Of a stretch of DNA of 64,000 bases, positions 39,301 to 52,086 are shown in pieces. The translations under genes were made by a program, and so were the position numbers. Within the stretch, counting starts at the first letter, position 1; every line of letters begins with the position of its first letter. The DNA comes from Dipteris shenzhenensis (lineage: Eukaryota): the NCBI GenBank assembly GCA_047967505.1, contig CM106538.1; one strand, written 5' to 3'. Under the pieces are notes generated by a model that worked only from the letters and a program-made list of their open reading frames with translations, was not told the DNA's origin and did no database searches.

Positions 39301-40602
39301 CAGTAGTACCTAGTCAGAATGATCTGAGGCAGAGAGTCATTCAACAATGCCATGATAGCCCGTGTGTGGGACATCCAGGAGTCAAGAAGACATATGATCT
39401 CGTGAAGCGAGATTTCTTTTGGCCAAAGATGAAAAAGCATATTCATGAATATGTGACATGGTGTTTTTCGTGTCAGGTAAGTGAGGCCGAGCGGGTGAAG
39501 CCACCCGGACTTTTACAGCCCTTAGAAATACCACTAAGTAAGTGGGAGAGCATTTCCATGGACTTTATTGTAGGGCTGCCTACGACAAGGTGGATATGAT
39601 TCTATCCTTGTGGTGCTTGATCGTCTAACCAAGATGGCTCGCTTCATTCCGACTAGAGAGTCTATTAGTGCCCCGCAAGAGGCGGATTTGTTTATTAGAC
39701 ATATATTTCGTCTGCATGGATTGCCTAGATCCATAGTGTCAGACAGAGATGTCAGATTTACCGGTCATTTTTGGACAGCGGTATTTGAGACATTAAAGAC
39801 AGTTGGGAATGAGTAGTGGGGATCATCCTGAAACGGATGGTCAGACGGAGAGAGTCAACCAGATTTTATAAGATATGCTGAGGGCATATGTGTCATTGAG
39901 GCAACATACATGGGACAAGTGGTTGCCATTGTTAGAGCTTGCCTACAATGATAGAAAACATTCCTCTACAAGGTTCAGTCCGTTTGAGCTGAACTATGGT
40001 TATAGACCAGTAAATCCAACTATAGTTGGAGTACCTTAGAGAGTGCCTAGTGCCGCGAACTTCGTGGTTCAGATGCGGGAGATGCTAGCACTTGCGAGAG
40101 CTAATATCCGCCAAGCTATGGATAGAGCCAAGGCGTATGCGGATGAAAACCGGTCTATAAGAGAATTTAAGGAAGGAGAAAAAGTTTTTCTCATAGTTCC
40201 TTCGCACTCGAAGTCGTTAACTTCAGGAGAGTGTACTAAGTTATCACCTCGATATTGTGGGCCGTGGTTAATTCTAAAGAGAATAGGCAAGGTAGCCTAT
40301 AAATTAGAATTGCCACAGGGTTGCAAGGTGCACCCAGTGTTTCATGTTTCTTGTTTAAAGAAATTTTTGCATACTGGTGATTCACTAATCAAAGGTGTGG
40401 TTTTGTTTCAGGAAATAGAGGATAATGCAAGGCGCAAACCAACAAGAATCCTGGACCGAGGAACAAAGCAAATACGAAATCAAAAGATACCCACGGTGTT
40501 GGTTGCATAGCATGGTCTGCCTCTATCAGAAGCTACCTGGGAATCCGTATACCAGTCGCGGAGAGTGTTCCCAGACTTTATCATCGAGGACGCTGATGTC
40601 TG
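36152..40602 (+). pseudogene. gag-pol of Gypsy 34255-41071
   Basis: ORFs 36152-37198, 37199-38626, 38487-39599, 39610-39816 and 40043-40510. In-frame deletion between PR and RT. Confidence 0.92.
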
Positions 40603-40615
40603 AAGAGGGAAGGAA

Positions 40616-41071
40616 TGTTACGCTCTAGCCGAGGTAGCATGACCTCGGAAGAATCGGTCGACATTTCCCTTAAGAGATCTCTATTTGTAATATATCTGTT
40701 TGCGCGTAAATGATCGGGAAGGAATTAATGTCAAGGTCCTAGGTGAGGGCTGATAGCACCAGACTAGGTGGATCTAAGGCTAAGGGCCTAATGCAAGAAA
40801 TGTGCCTAGGGGCAATTGGAATTAAAGTATCCCAAGAGAGGGGTGAAAAGATGCATTAGGAAGGCCCTATGATGATGACATGTTGCATCTAGATCCATCT
40901 AGGGAGATGGGGCTTGTTGAAGTTAGTGAGAGAAGGAGAATGAACCTGCATGTATGTTGTTCTCGATTTTGATTTCTCTGAGTGCTCTCACACTTCAACA
41001 GGATTTGGCTGGGAGGTTACTCTGTGGTGCTACTCCCGTGATCTGCTGTAGTTAGTAGAATGTCTGTAATA
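40616..41071 (+). repeat. 3' LTR
   Basis: TG...TA ends; follows the PPT. Confidence 0.95.
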
Positions 41072-42487
41072 TAGCCTTTGTCATCGTGAAGGTGGACCTC
41101 GATGGGCCCCCAACTGATCAAATAATAGTCGCAGACAGCCCTAACCATGAGGATCGTGCAACAGTGAGTGAAGGACACCCAAGCTACGAGGGCATTTTCC
41201 CGCTAAGTTTTCCTTTCATGTTTTCACCTTGATCACTTTGCTTGTTCGTACCTGCTCTCTTTTGTTGCGGACAAGAGGCACACCCTCGCTCGCCTGGTAG
41301 AGGAGTTTGTTGACGAAGGTATTGTCATGTATGTGGCCAAAAATATTTCTTACATGCGCGCGAGGTATGCTTTGGGCATTTTCAATTTCACGATATTAGG
41401 AGCTGTTCTAGAAGGAAACTTGCGAATGACGTTGCACGACGCTTTCATCCGGCAAGTCTCTCAGCTAGTTATGGAAAAAAGGTACGGTGGTCCTTGGTAT
41501 TAGAAAATTGTCCCCGCTCCTAAACAACTGCTTGGACCAAGCATGACCCACTCTTTTCTAGGTTATTGTTGTTCTCCATTTCATCAGCCTCAACAATCCA
41601 CTTGTTGAATATCACTGTGACAACTGTGGAGGCGCCAGAGTCAGCCACGACCCAACACGTCCATATTGTTACAGCTGTGACAATGTACAGAGCATTTCGC
41701 AAGTACCTTGCTTGAAAGGTTGTGTTGTCTTACGGGACGGCACCAGGTTGCTGTTCAAGTTCGTGGATCCCATGTCGATGAGGTGCTTGGCCTCCACTGT
41801 CCTTTCCTGGAATTTCACTGCCATAGTGTTGTGGCAATGCGTTCGATGCTCCTCGACAAAAGGCCCACCGGTGAATTCACAGTGAACAGTTCTGGTTTTG
41901 TTATGACATTCACTGACAGTGTGTAGTTGCATTAGACATCCCACATTGCTATCCATTGTACAAACATCCCTACTTTTTACTCTACTTTGGCATGACATGC
42001 CTTCTATCAGTTTAGGGTTTACCTGCTTACTGTTTTCACTTCAATGTACATAGGCTTGCTATTGCTACTACAGAATACAAGCACCAGAAAAACTATGAGA
42101 CCACTACCATTGTAAATAGTTCCGTCTTAACAATCTTTTGTACATAAACTTTGAGCTGTGTCATCATTTCTTTGCTTTCGGTTTGTGCGTTTCTCCACGT
42201 CTTGAACCAACACAAAGAATTTCCATTGCAGCTTCATGCTTTTGTGCAGCAGATTGGAGCAGCAGTAAGACCTACCTTGGGCCTATCTTTTGGAGGTGAA
42301 GGATCCGACTAGCTTCACTACACATACTGTACTCAAACCTCCACTCCTGGTTCAACAATGTGGACACCAGTCAACAAGCCCTGTGTCTGACCTCACAGCC
42401 TGCACCTGAATTTTGCCTCCTTGGCCCAATGCAACTTTCCTTGGCATTGGGGAACACTTGGCAAGCGGTACGCACTCGCAATAAGTT

Positions 42488-43219
42488 TTGCCCAAGTTTG
42501 CCATGGACCCGGGAATTAACTTGGACAACTTCAACGTCCAATGGGACATACACTTTATGGAGGACCATCCATCCAACACTAATTTGCTAGTTTGCTTGCT
42601 AGCTTTATATCCTCAGTGCACATATCAAGAGATGGTTGGGTTACTTGAAATGAGCAATGCCAAGCTCACTTACGAGCAAGACATTTTGGCCGAGAAGACA
42701 CAACTTAGTCTACACCAAGAGAACAACAACCACGCCACAAACTCGGATGCAGCACACGCGCTCCATGGCACGCCCACTTACAGAGACTACGTTTGCAATT
42801 GCATCACTGCACTCCACAATGCTTTGGGTCATTCTTTCTCCATGTTGGTGTACGATGGCGCTACCCTTGCTCAGGCACTACTACTAAATAGTGCAACCAA
42901 GAAACACAAAAGCACATTGTTAATGAATGAGGCAACATGTCCAGCCACCATTGTCCCTCTATCACAAAAGAAGAAAAAACACGCATATCACATTTGGGCA
43001 AAAGAGGACCAAGGCGAACTCATGAAACTATTGCAAGAACATGTGGGTTTGCCAGCAAAATCTGTTGCCAAGCTTTATCGCAACAACCATCTCACATGCA
43101 AGCACGATGCCACCACAATCTGCAACAAGGTTTACAAGCTAAGAACCATCATGTACCACTCAAGCAATTCAGCTATTGGTCCGACAAGTCATGTCTTCAA
43201 TCAGGGTACACATGCGTAA
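42488..43219 (+). pseudogene. Helitron-borne ORF with C-terminal Myb/SANT-like motif
   Basis: 243-aa open frame lacking an ATG start; KKKKHAYHIWAKEDQGELMKLL...TTICNKVYKL. Confidence 0.4.
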
Positions 43220-44570
43220 GGGGCAGCTGCAAGGGACGACCCTATGAGCACATAACGCAACTTTGGATACAAACATTGAGGAACTATTGCAATCAAAGAT
43301 TGGTTTCCGAGACTTTGTTTGCCTAAGGACCTCGGCCGATTACAAGCAACGCTTGAAACAAAACGTCTTTGCAATGGTCAGACAACTAGGGCCACCGACA
43401 TTCTTTTTCACGCTATCTGTTGCCGAGAGAAGGTGGGAACCTTTATTGAATTGCCTCTTCAAGCTTCAAAAAAAAACAAGACTAGAGAACACCATGCAGA
43501 ACCAGGATAACAACCGTGAGCTTATCCGGATGGACCCAGTCATGACAACTCAGTACTACGTTCACAAATTCAAGGCTCTGAAAACACTATTGCGACAAGA
43601 TAATACCATCCTTGGGCCAATATGTGACTTCTTCTTTGAAACAGAATTCCAAAATAGAGGAAGCCAGCATGACCACGGCCTGATATGGATAGAAGATGCG
43701 CCAACCGTGGAAACCGCGGCAATGACATTGTGGAAGAATTCATTGACAAATACATCTCCACAGACACCTTGCAGCTCGAAACCTCAAAGAAAGATTTGAA
43801 AAACCATAAACATTAAAAAACCTGCCAAAAAGGAGGGAAAAGCTTCCCTCAATGCAACGAATGAAAATACTCTTGCCACTACCTACCAAAACAAACATAA
43901 CAATGCATAAAACAAAGAAGAAGAAGATAAACGAAGCTTTGCAAGACAAGGCAACAACTAGCTTGACATTCAAACAGTTCTTGCAAAAACCATCAATGAG
44001 CCATGAATACGAAATTGTAATTAGAAGTAGCATTTCACACCCGAAGATCTTTTTGAGACGGCAACCAAGGGATATCCACGTTAACAACTTCAACCCAGCA
44101 TTGACAGAACTTTGGGGAGCCAATATTGATGTCCAATTCATTCTCAACCCACACGGGGCAGCATCTTACTGTACATTGTACATCACGAAGATTAACAAAG
44201 AGACCAACAACGCTGTCAAAGATGCAATTATGCAAAGTTTCCAAAAAAATGCCAATGCAGACGAGCGCGTCAAAAAAGTTGGAAATGCCATTTTCAACAC
44301 ACAACACATCAGTGCACAACACGCAGTTTTCCTATCTTTATCATCGCCTCTCACGAGCACAACAAGAGAGTTCATATACATAAACACAAGCCCTCCTGAG
44401 AATAGGACATTACTACTCAAAAGGTGTATGCAACTTGAGCAGCTACATCCAGATAGTACTGAAATCTTCTTCGATGACATTATTACGAAATATTGCAGCA
44501 GGAACATGCAACTACAAGCCATTTGCTTGGCGTCTTTTGCAAGTAACTATACAATAAAAAGAGGGACAAC
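43220..44570 (+). pseudogene. Helitron Rep (HUH nuclease) domain, frameshifted and partly deleted
   Basis: FAMVRQLGPPTFFFTLS, DPV, EFQNRGSQHDHGLIW (HUH), VNNFNP...WGANIDVQFILNPHGAASYCTLYITK (catalytic tyrosines), ISAQHAV, YINTSPP. Confidence 0.9.
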
Positions 44571-44573
44571 TAA

Positions 44574-44889
44574 AAGTTGGCACATCTTGGTTAACCGGAG
44601 TTAACCCTCTTGGCGTATGCCAAGTCTTGTTGACCGAAGTCAACACCTTCTGACCGTAGTCAGCTCTGTGGTTCTCTGGTTAACCGTAGTTAACCCTCTT
44701 GGTAATAAACCAAGTCTTCCCGACCGAAGTCAGGTTTACTTGACTAGAGTCAAGTATCTTTGACCGTAGTCAATCCTTTGACCATTAAAATAACTCTTTG
44801 ATCATAATTAACACATATAAAACTCTTTAATTATGATCAAATAAATGGTCAACTGTACTTTGACTTAGGATATTTACAATGTGGTGACA
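44574..44889 (-). repeat. 3' LTR remnant (about 0.7 kb deleted)
   Basis: Matches only the right third of 51064-52081; preceded on the minus strand by purine-rich gaagccgagggga. Confidence 0.9.
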
Positions 44890-44901
44890 TCCCCTCGGCT
44901 T

Positions 44902-47900
44902 CTATTCAGTTGACCTCAACTGAAAAGCTTCCTTGTAAACATCCAAAAGCTGTGGATGATCGGATAACATGTCTTCGTCCATCCACTTGGCATCTAATGC
45001 CGTATAATTCTTGAATTTTACAAGATACCTGTAAAACTCCTTACCCTGAGGGCCTTTGCGCACAGTATGGTACACAATCTGCTCTAGCTGAAGGACCTCC
45101 TCCAGCTCATCCACTTCTGGTGGATCCTCTGATACTGGTTCTGTAGGCTCTGGTCCCTGGAATTTCTTTAGAAGACTCACATGGAATGCATTGTGAATCC
45201 TCCAATGCTCTGGCAATTCTAACCTGTATGCAACCTCATTTATTCTTTCCGTAACCCTGAAAGGGCCATAGTATCTAGGAGATAACTTTGCATACACTTT
45301 CTGTTTGCCTTTAAACTTGCGGAGCCTAGCTTTTTCAAACTTCAAAAGTATCCAGTCCCCTTCCTTGAGATCTAACTGTCTCCTATGCTTATCTGCAACT
45401 CTTTTATGTTTCTCTTGAGACCTTTCGATTGCTGTCCGGACTTGGCTGTAAGCTGTTTGGAGGTCTCTCACAAACTGATCAGCTGCAAATATTTCATCTT
45501 TGGTCAATATAGGTGGCAAAATCACCTTCCCATATATGACCTCAAAAGGGGCTTTCCCTATAGAGCTATGTACTGTATTATTGTAAGCAAACTCTACCAA
45601 CAGTACTTTTCCTAGTCTGAACTTTGGTCACCCACGTAGCATTTCAGCATATCCAAAACTGTAGAATTTGCTACTTCACTTTGACCATCTGTCTGGGGTG
45701 GAAAGAAGAAGAAAAATTCAGATTCGTCCCCATGTTATCAAATAAAGCTCTCCAGAATAGACTGGTCATTCTGGGATCTCGATCACTAACAATGGACTTA
45801 GGCATACCATAATGCTTAAAAATCTGTACCATGAAAAACTTAGCCATATGATCTGCCTTTATGGTTTTGCGAACCGGAATGAAATGAGCTTGCTTGCTGA
45901 ATCTATCAATGATAGTCCAAATCCCATCATTCCCTGACTTTGATCTTGGCAAATCAAAAATAAAGTCCATTGTAATACTTTCCCATGGTGCCTGAGGCAC
46001 GGGAAGAGGCATAAGTAGGCCAGGTGCCTTCCGTCTATCATACTTGACTTTCTGACACGTAAGGCATTCAGTAACAAACTGATGTATATCTTTCCGCATC
46101 CCTGGCCAAAAGAAATACCTCTCTAGTGCTAAAGTGGTTGATGTAATTCCTCTGTGTCCAGCGTAGGGAGGTGCATGGCATTCCTCCAAAATCTTTTTCC
46201 TCATCTCTTGGGTGATGCATAGGCAATCATCTTTCATTAGATACCCATCTTTCAGGGAATAGTGACTGGTGGATTGCCCCTCTTGCATTTGCTGTAAAAT
46301 TTCACCAAGATCTGCATCACTAGCATATTGCTCCCTCATGCCTTCTAGGTCCTGATGATAAGCAATAGTCACATTATTGACCTGGGGTCTTTGGGACAAG
46401 GCATCTGCCACTCTGTTCCGAATTCCTGGGGTATGGACAATCTGAAAATGATACATTGACAGCATGTTTGCCCATTTCATATGCTTCTCGGAAAGCTTGG
46501 TCTGAGTCAAAAAGTACCTCAGACTTTGGTGATCTGTCTTAACAATAAAATCTGCACCCAAAAGATAGTGCTTCCATGTATGGATGGCATGAATTACAGC
46601 CAATAACTCTTTCTCATAGATTCCTAGATATCTTTCTGCATCCCGAAGTCTCCTGCTTTCGTAGGCTACTACATGACCATTCTGATGCAATGCAGCCCCA
46701 ACACATTCTCCATTAGCATCGCAATCAACATCAAAAGATTGATAAAGATCCGGGACTACAAGAATAGGCTCTGTAGTCAACTTCTCCTTGAGTGTATTGA
46801 ATGCTTTCTTCTGTGATATTCCCCATGTGAAGGCTGCATTTTTCTTAGTAAGGTCATGTAATGGAGCTGCGATATCAGCAAAATGCCTGATAAACCTTCT
46901 GTAGTAAGAGCACAGGCCTAGGAAACTTCGAACTTCATGCACAGTTTTCAGCTCTGGCCATTCCTGAATGGCACGGATCTTTGCTAGATCCATCTGTAGC
47001 CCATTCTTGGATATTATATGCCCCAGATAATGGATTTCTTCCAAGAAGAATTCACTTTTCTTGCTGTTTGCATAGAGCTGATGATTTCTTAGCTCTTTAA
47101 ACACTATAGCAAAATGTTTCCTGTGCTCTTCCTCTGTCTTTGAAAAGACTAGGATATCATCAAAAAAAGTACACGTGAAATGCCTGTACTTTCGCAAGAT
47201 GCGATCCATCATTCTATTGAATGTGGCTGGAGCATTTGTCAACCCAAAAGGCATCACTAAGTATTCATACAACCCGAATGTAGTGCGGAACGCTGTCTTG
47301 TGCACATCCTAACGCTGTATCCTCACTTGGTGATAGCCACTCTTTAAGTCTATCCTGCTGAAAACTGAAGCTCCATTTAACTGATCCAGCACATCATCAA
47401 TGCGCGGAATAGGGAATCTATTCTTGATGGTCATTTTGTTCAGTGCGCGATAATCGACGCACATACGGAATGAACCATCTTTCTTTTGTACTAGCAGTAC
47501 AGGGGAACAAAAAGGAGACGAGCTGGGCTGAATCAATCCTTTGGACAGCAAGTCCTGTACCTGAGCCATAATCTCCTCTCTCTGAGTCGCACTTATAAGG
47601 TGGTCTGTTTGGTGGCTCACTACCAGGCATTAACTCTATCTGATGATCTTCTGGTCTCTCTGGGGGTAACTCCCCTGGCAAAGCATCGAAAAAGCAATTT
47701 TTAAAGTTTACAAGAAACTGAAACTTATCTTTGTCTGCATCATTCATTTCAGCATGCATATCATTCTCTTTTTCTTTTACAAAAACCATATACGCAGAAA
47801 TTGCAGACTTTATTGCTTTACCACATGTAACATCAGATACAATGGGGATAGTGTCCCCTTTATTCCTCGCAACTAAACGCTGATTTTTCCCCCTATGCAC

Positions 47901-49585
47901 AAACTCCAGCACTCTTTCAGGAAGAGTCAACTTCATTGCCTTGCAATGAAACCAAGGCATTCCCAAGACTACATCATGATGTTTCAGTGGAGAAATGAAG
48001 AAGTCTTCCTGATCCACATAACTCTGAACATGAAGACGAAGCTTCCCTATCAAGGGAGTGACTGGCACAGGATTCCCACAGAACATCTGATCGGCATCTA
48101 AAGCCCTGCCCAACTTCTCCGTCTTTATTCCCAGCCTCAGGGCTAGGTCCTCTGATATGAAATTATCAGTAGCCCCTGGATCAAATAAAATCAGTGCTTG
48201 CTGGTCTCTAACTTTTCCCCAAGATAGCAACAATTCTCGTTCCTCTGGGTTTGAAACATGACCCAGTATGTCAGGAATTCCTCCAGCCATTGGCTTTTGC
48301 GGTCCTCGTGGCTTCTCTGCCTCTTTTCCCTTCGAAGTTGAAGGCTTTTCTGGGCACTGGGCAGCCACATGCCCCTCTTTGCCGCACTTGAAGCATTTTC
48401 CATCTCTACGGAATTCAGCTATCTGTTCAGGGGTGAATAGAGATTTGCCTTTATAAGCCTTTGAAAACTGAGTACCCCTCGGCTTTTGAGGTTGAAACCC
48501 TTTCTTTTCAACCTTGGGGTACTCTTTTTTTTCTAATTTTGAAAAATCAGTTTTCTTTCTATCAGCACGTCCTGCATGCAAGGATAGCACTGTGGATGGA
48601 TATTGTAACGGCACAAGACTAGCTACTGAAGCTGAATGCATAAGGTCTTGAATGTTCTTTGCCCCCAAAGCATTCACTACTGCCTGAATTCTTGGAGTGA
48701 GACCTGCTCTGTACTTTCTCATTTGGGTCCCTTTGGAGATCTTTTTGAAAGGTGCAACCTGCAAATAAGCATCCCAAAACTTTTGGTTGTACACATCCAC
48801 TGTATCTCCTGCATCCATATGCAAACTGTCCCAATCTTGAAGAACATGGTCTCTAAACTATTTAGGCATAAACTGCTGGTAGAAGGCTTTCTTGAAGTCC
48901 TTCCACTTCTTTGGGGCTGACTCATCTATGGTCTGTGCACTCCACCATGCACTAGCTGTTGCTGTCAAGTGCAAACTGACCATTCTTAGCTTGGAGGATT
49001 CTGAAAACTTTTCTGTGCCGAATGCAGCATCAAACTGCCTAATGAACTGCAATGCTTTGTCTGTATGACCATACTGTCCATTGTAGGTCATAAACTTGAC
49101 AGATTTACCTCCCTCTTTGAATTCCTTGGTCTCTCTGGAAGACTTTCTCTTCCTAGACTTCTTGTGTTTCCTTCTTTTCCTGGATGGTTTATCTGATAAG
49201 AAAGAAGAAGATACAGAAGTCGAACTCGAGGTAGACGGTGATGGACTAGGAGATCAGTGATGATGCCTCGATCTCTTCCTGCTATGAGACCGTCCCCTAT
49301 GAGATCTCTCTTTCTCTGGCTGTACACGGGAGTGTGCCTCTGGCATTGGCACGTCATATACTGCATTAGGTATAGCTTCTGCTTGAAACAAATGCTGAGC
49401 CCTTGGATCCTTTTTGAGATTTTCCATCTCTTGTATACGAGTGCGTACCATCTGTTCAAATTCTTGTTGAGTTTGTTGCACACTTCTCTGATTTGGATGC
49501 ACATCCCTACCTTGTGAATCCCACTGGATAGGTGATTGAGCCATCTTCTTACAACTTGTCTGAGATCTACAAGTTTCTCACACAC
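44902..49585 (-). pseudogene. gag-pol of Gypsy 44574-52081
   Basis: ORFs 48858-49091, 47418-48824, 47309-47620, 45671-47305 and 44902-45600. Confidence 0.93.
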
Positions 49586-51063
49586 ACTATGTATGCAACT
49601 GATTCACGCTGCCTTTGCTTTTCAGAAAGAAAGTACCTCAACAAGAGGTGTCTTGCATTCACAATCTATGCCAGTACTGGCTGTAAATTCAAGGCATGTA
49701 CCCACACAGTTGCCAAAGCATCAACAACTATATTGCCCCTTTTCTGGCTACTGCAAATGACTTCAAAAAGCATCTGTTTTTCCCTCTTTTCACTGCTCAA
49801 AGGCATGCATACTCTTTTTCTGCAAATCTCTGTTTTCTCTGCTTTTCTGCTGCTTTTCTGACAGTAAAAGTCTGCTCTCTCTGTTTTCTCTGTTTTCTCT
49901 GTTTTTCTGCTGCTTTTCTGACAGTAAAAGTCTGACTGGCAGGTGAAATCTGCTAGCAGAAACAGTCTCTGCAACTGTCCTTTTTTTTTTTTTTGGTGGA
50001 AAGAACAGTAACCAGATGGAGTAACTGGCTAGTTACTCTAACCAGACTGACTGGTTCTGGTCTGGTTAGTCTGCAACTAGACTAACTGGACTGGTCACAG
50101 TATAGTTACAGTAACCAGACTGGTCTGGTTGGGTCAACTAACTGGACCTCTAACCAGTCCACTAACCAAGGTTAGGCTAGATAAACCCAGGGTCTGCCAC
50201 ATCAGCTACCTGATCTGGCTGCCACATGTACTGCCACGTCAGCACCCCTCAGGCCTGCATGCCACGTCAGCAACTTGTCAAGACCTCTGCCACATGGGCG
50301 CCACGTCAGCTCGCACATGTGGCCGCCACGTCACCTGTGTGCCACGTGTGAGCACCACGTCAGCTCTGTGCACTGTCTGCCACGTGTCAGATCTGCTGAG
50401 CTGTCTGCCACGTCATCTGCTGCTTGGCTGCCACACCAATGCCTGTGCAAGCCACGTGTACTCCTAGCTGGCACCCTGGCCACGTCAGCAACAGCCAAAG
50501 GTTTCAGACCTTGGCAGCGTCGCACCGGCACCCTGCGTAAGGAAATGGTCGACGGAGCATACGAACCTCGTCGCTACTCGTCACGCGAACGCCATGCTAC
50601 ACTACGTCCTGCGTGGGGACCATGTGTGCCCGCGTGACAGCATCAGTAACCCCTCCTAGCCCTCCGCCCTGAGCGTCAAAAGCAATCGTCTGCTCCTCGT
50701 CTGCATACGATGCCTATCGTATCAGTTATCGCCGGCGTATTCTCCTTCCTCTGCTATCATCGGACCTATGGCAGTGGAGCTCATTTGCGCTATCAATAGC
50801 CACATCGTCGTCTGTTCGCTACTTGCATCAACTTCCAGACAGATAACTTTGTTGGCAGCTCTACACCAGCATGACGGAATTCATACACTATAACTTTAAT
50901 CTTCCGTATGATGCCGCCCGCCTTAGATTCTCACGTGCTAGTGATCAACACTACACCTTCTTACGCTATGCCGTCACTTTTCTGCGCCAAAGCCTGCACT
51001 CTTCAACCTTACTTGGATCGTCACTTCCTAGGAAGGAAATGAGACCTTACGCTCTGATACCAA

Positions 51064-52081
51064 TGAAATACATCTCGCTCTTCTGAGAGACAGCAATTAC
51101 TCTTTGATTCACTACGAACCTCCTTCGTAAAAGACAGCAAGCACACTTCCCTTTTTGCTCTCCCTCTCTCTCTCTCTCAACAGAGACACTAGGGCCAACA
51201 TGTCGGGCTGGACCCCCCCGAAGGTATTTTATTACTTGAGGAGAATCTGTTACAAAAGTTCAGCGTAGAGCTGTCTGATACACACTCTCATCCAAAAACG
51301 TGAAAATCCCTTCATTACAAGAGCTTCAAGCTCATTTCAAATTGGCAACATGCCACTTGTCTAAAATCTAGACTAAGTCCTATTACATGCCACTAAGGGC
51401 CATTCTGGAGTCTTCAAAGCACTTGGTCACATGAACCGCCTCCTAGATGCTTGTTAGGCTCCCGTAGCGCTTAGGAAAAATAACTCTTCCTAGTACCTGC
51501 AACAATTAATTAAAGCGCACCACCATGGCACCCATTAATTGTTAGCGCTTTGCATGCAAATAACACACTGTGGACTAATTCTAGTCACGGTGGGTGTCCC
51601 CACTAAATACATGTGCACACCTAAACAAATATAAAAATATATATTTATTCTCTTGTTGACCGGAGTCAACACTCTTGATTATAATTAAGGAGCTTTGACC
51701 AAGGGTCGAGGCGCCTTAATTATAGCCAAGTCTCTCCAACCGAAGTTGGCATAACTCTCCAACCGAAGTTGGCACATCTTGGTTAACCGGAGTTAACCCT
51801 CTTGGCGTATGCCAAGTCTTGTTGACCGAAGTCAACACTCTCTGACCGTAGTCAGCTCTGTGGTTCTCTGGTTAACCGTAGTTAACCCTCTTGGTAATAA
51901 ACCAAGTCTTCCCGATCGAAGTCAGGTTTACTTGACTAGAGTCAAGTATCTTTGACCGTAGTCAATCCTTTGACCATTAAAACAACTCTTTGACCATAAT
52001 TAACACATATAAAACTCTTTAATTATGATCAAATAAATGGTCAACTGTACTTTGACTTAGGATATTTACATTGTAGTGACA
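51064..52081 (-). repeat. 5' LTR (about 1.0 kb)
   Basis: TG...CA ends; 51766-52081 matches 44574-44889. Confidence 0.92.
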
Positions 52082-52086
52082 TAAAA

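Larger units (their letters stand above)
34255..41071 (+). mobile_element. Full-length chromovirus-type Ty3/Gypsy LTR retrotransposon
   Basis: LTRs 34255-34715 and 40616-41071 (about 20 substitutions and one 5-bp indel by eye). TSD tagcc at 34250-34254 and 41072-41076. PBS tggtatcagagc at 34718. PPT gaagagggaaggaa at 40602-40615. gag, PR (LFDSAS), RT (FIDD), RNase H, INT (GPW) and chromodomain (EATWES), with stops and frameshifts. Confidence 0.97.
32468..41926 (+). pseudogene. Spliced RPA1-like (OB-fold) Helitron accessory gene, split by Gypsy 34255-41071
   Basis: GT-AG-bounded segments (near 32672/32745, 32784/33391, 41164, 41365, 41482). VYMRVDLADQACSETITL...FKDIFEVDDFFRVEG is OB-fold-like. 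VIDTIA|FVIVKVD reads through the TSD. The C-terminal VLRDG...VQVRG..VDEVLGL resembles RPA70 DBD-C. Confidence 0.55.
44574..52081 (-). mobile_element. Chromovirus-type Ty3/Gypsy element with truncated 3' LTR, between Helitron Rep and helicase
   Basis: 5' LTR 51064-52081 and partial 3' LTR 44574-44889. PBS tggtatcagagc at 51051-51062. gag CFKCGKEGHVAAQC, PR LFDPGAT, RT FFDD, RNase H, INT GPF, chromodomain YLVKFKNY...AKW. Confidence 0.95.
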
